Source of the DNA: Chrysiogenales bacterium
GTDB lineage: Bacteria > Acidobacteriota > Aminicenantia > UBA2199
DNA length: 64,000 bases
Reading direction: 5' to 3'
Assembly: GCA_963700535.1 (NCBI GenBank)
Contig: CAVOXU010000002.1
Coordinates: 18,063-82,062 of the forward strand
The position numbers and the translations under genes are program-made. This document shows, piece after piece, positions 46,331-54,877 of this stretch. The stretch's first letter is position 1. Each line of letters starts with the position of its first letter. The notes under the pieces are model-generated. The model ran no database searches and was not told the origin of the DNA. It saw only the letters and a list, made by a program, of their open reading frames with translations.

Positions 46331-47454
46331 TCATTCCTGGGGGGAATTGAGGATTGCTTTCAGGATGGCTCGAACGTCGGCCTTGTTTCAGGGCGACGAT
46401 ATTGTTGTCCATACGCCCCTTGGTAAAAGATTCCCGCACCAGTGCATCCAGATCGGCGGGAGCAACGCCGTAAGCGGAGAGGGAAAAAGGCATTCTGGCA
46501 GCTACAAAGCGTTGCATCCGGCCAAGGGCTTCTGCGACATCGGTTCCGTCAAGAAGAATACGCAGCCGTTTCGCCTTGGCCGGGATTTGCGGCGCGTTGA
46601 TGTTCCAAAGGGGCAGAAGGGGCAGCGAACAGGCAATTCCATGGGGAATGCCAAAACGCAGCGTCAAGGGGTAAGAAATGGAATGGGCGGCCGCGGTCTT
46701 GGTGTTGGAAAAGGCCAAGCCGGCGAAAAGAGAAGCACGCAAAAGGTTGGCGCGGACCGCATCCGGAACAGGATCAGCCAGGCGCTCAATGTTCTCGAGA
46801 ACCAACTTCACAGCAGCCAGGGCAAATTCATCCGACAGCGGATTTTCATTGCGGTTCCACAGCGCTTCCATGGCATGCGCCAGGGCGTCGAGGCTGGAGG
46901 CAAAGGACGCGGACAACGGCAGGCTTCTTGTCAAGGCAGGGCAGTACACAGCAAAATCCGGGAACATGCCCGGGTGGGAAAGCGAATGCTTGCGGCTGCC
47001 TTTTTTGTCCCAGATTGTCGCCCACATGGTCAGCTCGGCGCCCGTACCGTGCGTGGTGGGAGCGGCGGCCAGCAGCGGGCCGCGATTGCCAATCCCGGTG
47101 GGGACTGCAGCCAGCAGATCATCTATGCGCGTGCGACCACAGGCCAGGGCCAGGCGGACAACTTTGGCCGTATCCAGGACCGAACCACCGCCGATGGCCA
47201 GTATCCAATCGGGAGCGATCCGCTGCGCGAAATCAAGCGCCTGCTGCATATTGCCCTCAGTGGGATTCGCTTCAATGTCGCTGTACACCGGAACCCGGCC
47301 GAGCCATTCCAGGCTCGAGTCGGCCGCGATGAGCGTCCAGGAAAGCAGGTGAATAAACGAACAACAACCCTTTGCCGGGAATGATCAGCGCGGGCAGCGT
47401 TGCGGCCAGGTCGTCTGTCCAGTGGATGACGACGGGATTGGTGTAATGCCACAT
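46331..47454 (-). pseudogene. Iron-containing alcohol dehydrogenase (FomC/PhpC-like phosphonoacetaldehyde reductase candidate), two frame disruptions
   Basis: Fragments 47272..47454 and 46260..47288. Landmarks: ..ILAIGGGSVLDTAKV.. and metal-binding His contexts (..LDALAHAMEALW.., ..AAAHSISYPL..). Shifts at about 47340 and about 46380. The corrected C-terminus reads ..ALKQADVRAILKAILNSPQE*, ending at 46331. Confidence 0.8.
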
Positions 47455-47457
47455 GGA

Positions 47458-48552
47458 TCAATCCAGAAAGGTCATCAAGGCATCGCGCATCTGTTCGGGA
47501 GTCTGTTCGGGCCGCGGCAATCCGGCGGGTGTGCCTTGGCTGATACGTACATGGACGAATAGGGGCTTGGCTGCATGGGGCAGGGTGGATAAAAGTTTCT
47601 TGAACTGGCCGGTGGTGGTGACTTGCTCCTGAGCCGCGTAGCCGCAGGCGCGGGCCACGGCGCAGAAATCTATCCCGGCGGCTGTGGAAGGCTGGCCACC
47701 GGTGGATTCGTAGGCCTGGTTGTCAAACAGTACATGCACAAGGTTTTTAGGCTGATAGTGCCCCACGGTAGCCAATGAGCCCATTTTCATCAGCAGGGCG
47801 CCGTCTCCATCGAGTACGAAGACTGTGCGCCCGGGATGTTGGTTGGCCAGGCCCAATCCCAGGGCGGGCAAACAGCCCATGGAGCCCATCATGTAAAATC
47901 TGCCCCGGTGATCGGTATACTGCTGAAGTTCACGACCTGAAAACCCGGTAGCCCCCAGCAGAATGTCTCGAGGGTCAGCCATCTCTGCCAGCAAATTGAT
48001 GTAAGCCAGGCGCGGGGCGAATTCTTCATCGATCGGGGCGGTGGACTTTTGCTCGGCAGTAAAAAAATTCTTGGGGATAATGAAGGCGAACGGTGTGGCC
48101 GCGGTACGGCAGTGTTCTTGCGCCTGCGCAAGCGCTTGGCAAAGTGCCGTGTTTCCCTTTTCCAGGACCAGATGCGGCACATGCAACTGCTCCAGCAATG
48201 CCTGCAGGACATCCCCCATCACCCGGTGCTGAGGAGCGTCCTTCTGCCCCGGTTCACCTCGCCAGGAAATCAGCAGCAGTGCCGGCAGTCGGTAGAGCAA
48301 TTGCAGGGAGGAAAGGGGGTTGACGGCGTTGCCGAAACCGTCATTTTGCATATATACTACGGGCAGTCGTCCGGACAGGGCGAACCCCGCAGCCAGGCCC
48401 ATGGCTTCGCCTTCGGAAGTGCAGATGTAGTGCTCGGTTTCTGCAGCGGCCGCCAGGTGATGGATCAGGGTCGAGAAAACGGAACAGGGCACTCCCATGA
48501 ACGGGGAAAACGATGCGGAGCGCAAGCTGCGGATGAAATCGGCAGCGTTCAT
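47458..48552 (-). CDS. ppd: Phosphonopyruvate decarboxylase (ThDP-dependent)
   Basis: 364 aa: ..FMGVPCSVFSTLI...TSEGEAMGLAAGFALSG...GNAVNPL...; ThDP motif ..VLDGDGALLMKMGSLATVG...VLFDN.AYESTGGQ. Confidence 0.9.
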   Translation of the reverse strand: MNAADFIRSLRSASFSPFMGVPCSVFSTLIHHLAAAAETEHYICTSEGEAMGLAAGFALSGRLPVVYMQNDGFGNAVNPLSSLQLLYRLPALLLISWRGEPGQKDAPQHRVMGDVLQALLEQLHVPHLVLEKGNTALCQALAQAQEHCRTAATPFAFIIPKNFFTAEQKSTAPIDEEFAPRLAYINLLAEMADPRDILLGATGFSGRELQQYTDHRGRFYMMGSMGCLPALGLGLANQHPGRTVFVLDGDGALLMKMGSLATVGHYQPKNLVHVLFDNQAYESTGGQPSTAAGIDFCAVARACGYAAQEQVTTTGQFKKLLSTLPHAAKPLFVHVRISQGTPAGLPRPEQTPEQMRDALMTFLD

Positions 48553-48556
48553 TGCC

Positions 48557-49835
48557 TTATTCCCCCCCCGGAATCAGTTGGAGGATCTCCTTGATCGGCA
48601 GGCAGTTCTTTTCGCATTCGTAGGCCCGCTGATATCGCAGAATGGATTCGGCGGTACGCACCATGCTTGGATAAGCGCTGCGCAGAAGTTGGTTGGCATA
48701 AATAACCATGCGCACGCCCGCAGCGACCAGATCCTTTTCAAATGTCTGGCTGTACGTGGATGGGACCGCCACCAATGGCACACAGTTGCGGAATGACGAA
48801 TATTCTCTGGCAGAAGCGGATGATCTCGGCGGGATTCTTGCTTTTGCTGTGAATCATGATGGCGTCGGCACCGGCGTCGATGTAGGCTTCGGCGCGACGC
48901 AGGGCGTCGTCCATGCCGGCGCCGAGGATCAGGCTTTCGATGCGGGCGATGATCATGAAGTCATCGGTCAGCTGGGCCTTTTTGCCGTTGCGGATCTTTT
49001 GGGAAAAGCCGGCGATCGAATCCTGCTGCTGCTTTCCGCTCGTCTCGAGCAGCGAGTTTTCCTTCAGGCCTACCTTGTCCTCAATGATGACGGCCGAAAT
49101 GCCCATGCGCTCAAGGGTCTTTACCATGAGGTAGAAGTGCTCGGGCACTCCGCCCGAATCACCGTCGAAGACAATCGGCTTGGTAGTGATTTCGAGGATG
49201 CTGTTGAGCGTAAGCATTCGTGAAGTGAAGTCCACGCTGCCGTTGTCCGGGCGCCCCTTGGCCGTGGAATCGGTGAGGCTGCTCAACCAGATGGCGTCAA
49301 ACTCACGCGTCTCATTATCGACCGTCACCCGGGTTTTTTCCACTATCAGTCCAGCCAGGCCGTTGAAAGCCTCCAGCACGCGCACCAGGTCCTTGGCCGC
49401 CAACAGGCGACGCAGCATTTTTAAGCGGGTCCCCGGCGTCGTCCCGATCTCCTTCAGAGAGTTGTTGAGTTGCGTGGAAGAGATGCCCATGGTATATCGC
49501 GGCTCGATGAGCTGGCCGCCCCACTCTTTCAATGTCCGTACCACCCGGTCACGTATCTCGTGCTGCACTCCGGTCCGCCAATCGTCCCCATGCACCACGA
49601 AATCCGGTTGCAGGCGGCGCAGGTTCGGCACGTAATCAAGGGTTTCCTGCAGGACCACCCTTGATACGCCCTTGATGTTTTCCACGATCAGCCGGCGCTG
49701 TTCCATGGACATGTAGGGCAGGCGTTTGTAACTGGCGATGGCGCTGTCTGTCAGCAGGCCAATGACGACCCGGCCATACTTTTGGGCCTCGCGGATGATG
49801 TTGAGATGCCCGGGGTGGATCAAATCGGCGCTCAT
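48557..49835 (-). pseudogene. Bifunctional cytidylyltransferase-phosphoenolpyruvate mutase (Fom1/PntC-Ppm-like fusion), frame-disrupted near the C-terminus
   Basis: N-terminal HxGH nucleotidyltransferase ([13 protein letters not shown]) and a PEP mutase/isocitrate-lyase-fold core (..[36 protein letters not shown]..). The C-terminal fragment 48557..48781 ([20 protein letters not shown]) joins at about 48806-48812. The N-terminus may extend to the ATG at 49890 through the T9 run at 49867-49875. Confidence 0.85.
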
Positions 49836-50035
49836 GGCGACATAGACTGTTTTTGTGGCCTTTCGCTTTTTTTTTGCTGTTGGCGATCATTTTTTTGCAC
49901 CTGGATGTTGGCGTTTTCTCCAATTCAAGTTGTTATTCTTGCATATTTTTCAGAAAATAAAAAGACTTTTTGGCTGGATAATAAATAACCTTGTTGGTTT
50001 CCCGCAACCGGGTCGTTTGTTTCAAGCCTGGCATA

Positions 50036-50064
50036 TTGCCGATTGCCGGCTGATGCGCTATAAT
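50036..50064 (+). promoter_or_regulatory. Sigma70-type promoter candidate for xseA (TTGCCG-17-TATAAT)
   Basis: TTGCCGattgccggctgatgcgcTATAAT, about 70 nt upstream of the ATG at 50133. Confidence 0.45.
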
Positions 50065-50132
50065 CAAGCCTGGAGAAAATATGTCTTTTCCCGAAACATG
50101 GTGATCAAGCGGAGAAGGCCATAAAAAGCGAT

Positions 50133-51480
50133 ATGTTACCCATTGAAGAAAAAGTCTACAAGGTGTCGGAGCTGACCCAACTGGTCAAGCTGACTCTGGA
50201 AACCCAGTTCTCCGCCATTGCGGTCCTGGGCGAGGCTTCTGGCGTGGTCCTGGCCAGTTCGGGCCACCTCTATTTCACGCTCAAGGACGGCGCCGGGGCT
50301 ATGAAAGTGGTCATGTTCCGCGGCCAGCTGCAGAAAAGCGCACTGAACCGACTGGAAAACGGCCAGCAGATCATTGTCCAGGGGACGCTTTCCGTATATC
50401 CCCTGCGCGGCGAGATGCAGATCATCGCCAACAATATGCGTCTGCAGGGCATCGGCGATATTTTTGCCGCCCTGGAAAAACTAAAAAAAACCTACCAGGA
50501 ACAGGGTTATTTCGACGAGCGAAGGAAGAAACCACTGCCCTTGCTCCCCGGCCGTATCGGCGTAGTCACCTCGCCGACCGGGGCGGCGGTGCGCGATATC
50601 GTGCGCATCCTGCGCCGCCGTTTCCCGGGCATTGCCATCGTCATTTTTCCGGCCAAGGTGCAGGGGGAAGGAGCCGCCGCCCAGATTGCCTTGGGCATTG
50701 AATATTTCAACAACGCCGACCAGGATGAAAAGGTGGATGTCTTGATCGTTGGCCGGGGCGGGGGCAGTTACGAGGACCTGTGGGCTTTCAACGAGGCGCC
50801 TGTGGTCGAAGCCATTTACCACAGCCGTATTCCGGTGATCTCCGCGGTCGGCCATGAGATCGATTTCACCATCGCCGATTTTGTCGCTGATATGCGAGCG
50901 GCCACGCCTTCGGCCGCGGCCGAGATCGTGGTGGGGAAAAAGGACGAATTCATGAGCCGTATTGATTTTTTGCGCCACAGCCTCATGCGCCACATGGAAA
51001 AACTGCTGCACGAAAAAAAATCCACTTTGGGAGCAATTGCTCATGGAATCAAGTCTGGCCTATTTCCCCGGGCACTTGCAGGAGTTGGACCAGCGCTTGG
51101 ACAGCGGCGAGTTCACCTTGAATCGCCTTTTCCAGCAATCACTGAATCGCGGACTCAGCCGCTGGAACCAAGCCGTGCAGCGCTTTGCCGCTTTTGACTT
51201 GGGCGCCATGCTGAAAAACAGGGATCTGCAGGTTCAGAACCTGGGCACAAGCTTGGCTGCGAATTTTTCCCAAAGGCTGCAGCAGCGGCGGGAAAAAATC
51301 AATGTGCTGGATTCCAAGTTGGCCGGCATGAACCCTGAAAGTGTTCTGGCCAAGGGCTATTCCATTACCACCGACCAGCATCAGCGACTGGTCAAGGATT
51401 CTTCCGTTCTGGCCGCGGATGAAAAGATCTCTATCCGTTTTGCCCGCGGCATGACCGCTGCCAGAGTGATCAAGGAGTGA
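50133..51480 (+). pseudogene. xseA: Exodeoxyribonuclease VII large subunit, one frameshift
   Basis: Fragments 50133..51197 and 50962..51480. OB-fold N-terminus (..VYKVSELT..LK..LE..F....V.GE.S), catalytic core ..IGVVTSPTGAAVRDI..RGGGSYEDLWAFN..ISAVGHEIDFTI.., and the C-terminal coil in the second fragment. The shift is in the A8 run at 51013-51020. Confidence 0.85.
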
Positions 51481-51483
51481 ACC

Positions 51484-51723
51484 ATGAAAAAAGAAACCCC
51501 TGATTTTGAAAGCGCCCTCAGGAAACTCGAAGCCATCGTGCAAAAACTTGAGAATCCCGAAGTTCCCCTGCAGGAGGGTTTTGCATTGTATGAAGAAGGC
51601 ATGAAATTGACCGGGCAGATGAAAAAGGAGCTCAACGACATCGAAAAAAAAGTAAAAATACTGCAGAAAGGCGCCAAGGGCGACCTGCAGGAAGCCGACT
51701 TCGAGCCGTCGGACAATGACTGA
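51484..51723 (+). CDS. xseB: Exodeoxyribonuclease VII small subunit
   Basis: 79 aa: ..FESALRKLEAIVQKLENPEVPLQEGFALYEEGMKL. Confidence 0.9.
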   Translation: MKKETPDFESALRKLEAIVQKLENPEVPLQEGFALYEEGMKLTGQMKKELNDIEKKVKILQKGAKGDLQEADFEPSDND

Positions 51724-52571
51724 TTACCTGCAGCGACTGACCACGGCTGTCGATCGCGAACTCCTTGATGGTATCCAGCCCGGGAACGGTACGCTGGAAG
51801 CCGCTATGCACTACGCGCTGACCGTGCGCGGCAAGCGTCTGCGGCCGCTGCTGTTCCTCACCCTGCTCGATGCCAGCCGCATTGAGGCGGAGCGCTTCAT
51901 CGGCCTGGCCTCCGCCCTGGAGATCATCCATACCTACTCGCTGATTCACGACGATCTGCCGGTGATGGACAATGATGACCTGCGCCGCGGCATGCCCACG
52001 GTCCACCGCAAGTTCAACGAAGCCGTGGCCCTGCTGGCCGGCGACACGCTGTTGACCTTTGCTTTTGAAAAGATCACTTCCGCCCCACTGGCCGCCGAAA
52101 AGATTGTGGCCATCATGGGCATCATTACCCGCTGCATCGGCAAGCAGGGCATGGCCCAGGGGCAGGCCCTTGACCTGGAATTTTCTGGGCAAGCCGAGAT
52201 CATCGACGACATCCACCGCCTTAAAACAGCCGAATTGATCAAGGGTTCGCTCCTGGCGGCCGCCCAGATTGCCGATTTCGACAGACCATCGCCAGCAATT
52301 GCTGGCCCGGGCCGGCATTGCCCTGGGCATGGGTTTTCAATTGGCCGACGACCTGCTGGACATCACCGGCGCCGAAGACAAGGTCGGCAAGAAATTGAAC
52401 AAGGACCAGGCCAACCGCAGCCCCAACGCCGTTCTGTATTTCGGGGAGCAGGCGGTCAGGGAGAAAATAGACTCCTATTACCGTGAGGCGCAAGCCCGGG
52501 TCGGAGAACTGGGGATCGAATCCCCTCCCTTCCTGTTTCTGATGAAAAGCATGTTGTACCGGAGCCAATAA
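51716..52571 (+). pseudogene. ispA: (2E,6E)-farnesyl/geranyl diphosphate synthase, one frameshift
   Basis: Fragments 51716..52486 and 52269..52571. First DDxxD (LIHDDLPVMDNDDLRRG) and second DDxxD (FQLADDLLD). Shift at about 52281-52286. Confidence 0.85.
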
Positions 52572-54511
52572 TGGCATTGCTCGAAAAGATACTTTCTCCA
52601 GCCGATATCAAGGGACTTACCCTGGAAGAACTGTCCCGATTGTCGGCGGAGATCCGGGAATTGCTGGTGCAGGTGGTCTCGCAGAACGGCGGGCACCTGT
52701 CATCCAACCTGGGGGTTGTGGACCTGACCCTGGCCCTGCACCGGGTTTTCGCTGCGCCGCTGGACAAGATCATCTGGGATATCGGACACCAGAGTTATAC
52801 CCACAAGATCATTACCGGCCGCCGGGAGAAGATATTCTCCATCCGCAAGAAAGACGGCCTGCTCGGTTTTCCTGACCGGGCCGAAAGCGAATACGATGTA
52901 CTGAACACCGGGCATGCCTCGACCTCGCTCGGTTTTGCCTCGGGCCTGGCCATCGCCCGCGACCGCCGCGGTGAAAACTTCCATATCGTCACCGTGATCG
53001 GCGACGGGGCCCTGACCGGCGGCGTGGCCCTGGAAGCCCTGAACCACATCGGCCAGGTCAAGCAGCGCTTGATCATCATTCTCAACGACAACAAGATGTC
53101 GATCTCTCCCAATGTCGGCGGCATATCCCGCCACTTGAACTACCTGGTTTCCGGCCGGCCCTACATCCGCATGAAGGAAGTGATCCAGAATATTCTCAAG
53201 TCCATTCCCGGCCTGGGCCCATCGATGTATGAACTGGCCAAAAAATTGGAAGTGCTGATGCGTACCATGATGGTGCCCGGTTCGCTCTTCGATGAACTGG
53301 GCATCAAATATATCGGCCCGGTCAACGGCCATGATTTCGGCGAAATGTTCAAGGAGTTCCAGGCGGCCAAGAAGCACGATTTTCCGGTCCTGCTGCACGT
53401 GGTGACCCGCAAGGGCCAGGGCTATGTGCCGGCCAGTGATGATCCCAGTTCCTTTCATTCCTCAGCCCCCTTCAATATCGAAAACGGCAAATTCATCGGC
53501 GGCTGCAAAAGCCCCTCCTATTCGGAAGTTTTCGGGCAGACGGTCCGGCGCCTGGTCGAACGGGACCGCCGACTGGTAGCGCTGACCGCGGCCATGCCCG
53601 AAGGCACCGGCCTGGACGCCGTGCAAAAGGAATTTCCGGAAAATTTCTTCGATGTCGGCATTGCCGAGCAGTATATGTTCGATTTCGCCGGCGGCCTGGC
53701 CTTGGGCGGCTTCAAGCCGGTGCTGGGTGTATACTCCACTTTCATGCAGCGGGCCGTGGACCAGATCATCCACGATATTTCGCTGATGCGCATTCCGATC
53801 CTGGTCGGGATTGGACCGGGCCGGACTGGTGGGCGGCGACGGCCCGACGCATCAGGGGCATTTACGACATTGCCCTGCTGAATCCCGTCCCGGATATCGT
53901 GCTCATGGCTCCCAAGGATGAAAATGAGCTTCAGCACATGGTTTACTCCGGCAGCCTGCTGCCCAAGCCTGTTTTTATCCGCTATCCCAAGGAACCGGGC
54001 CGGGGAGTGCCCCTGGATAAGGATTTGCTTGAAATTCCCGAGGGCAAGGCGGAAGTGCTGCGCCGCGGCGGCCACGCCCTGATCCTGGCCGTGGGCCCGC
54101 TGGTGTACCGCGCCCTGGAAGCAGCCGAGCAGCTGGCGCTTCAGGACAAGAATCGAAACAACCGTGGTTAATGTCCGTTTCATCAAGCCGCTGGACCGGG
54201 AACTGATCTTTTCCCTGGCGGCCGGAATCAACAAAATCATCACCGTGGAGGATGGAACGGCCATGGGCGGTTTCGCTTCCGTCATCCACAAGGAATTCCT
54301 GCAAACCGTGACCAACAGACACGAATTTCTCACCTTGGCCGTCGGGGCAGGCGTCATGCCCCTGGCTTCCCGGGAAGAGCTGCTGGAGCATTTCGGTTTG
54401 AACAGCGACGGCATATACCGCCAGGTTCGCGCTTTCGTCAAAGGCAGGCTAGGGGAGGGTTTTACTCCTGAACGCCTCCCTCTTACAAGAGCAGCTGGAA
54501 CGTATCCTTGA
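52571..54511 (+). pseudogene. dxs: 1-deoxy-D-xylulose-5-phosphate synthase, three frame disruptions
   Basis: Fragments 52571..53881, 53899..54171 and 54164..54511, plus a short middle frame encoding DRAGLVGGDGPTHQG. ThDP motif GDGALTGG..LNDN. Extra G at 53813-53814, the G4 run at 53855-53858, and an indel at about 54148-54152. TAATG overlap with ispA. Confidence 0.9.
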
Positions 54512-54541
54512 CAGTAGGTAATTATTATTTATGATTGAATC

Positions 54542-54874
54542 ATGATTGTGGGCTACAACACCGATATCAAATACCGCAAGGAGGTCTTTCATATCCAGAC
54601 CGAGGACAAAGGCCAGGGCAATCCCCTTATCGAAACCCTGGTTTACCTCCATGGCGAGATCCTGCTCTCCCGCCGCATCTCCTATGCCCACTTGCTGCCG
54701 GCGGCGGAAAAAACCAAAAAGGTGAAGAGCCTGATGAAAAGCCAGCATGACCAGATCATCGCTGAATTAAAAGAGGGACGTTTCTCGCACCTGATGTCCA
54801 TGGATACCCAGGACATCGAAGACCAGACCCTTGATGAAATGGTGTTGCAATATTTAGTCGACGAAAACCCCTGA
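54542..54874 (+). CDS. Conserved-looking hypothetical protein (110 aa)
   Basis: An ORF with good coding character between dxs and polA, 3 nt before the polA ATG. I recognise no family. Confidence 0.5.
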   Translation: MIVGYNTDIKYRKEVFHIQTEDKGQGNPLIETLVYLHGEILLSRRISYAHLLPAAEKTKKVKSLMKSQHDQIIAELKEGRFSHLMSMDTQDIEDQTLDEMVLQYLVDENP

Positions 54875-54877
54875 TTC

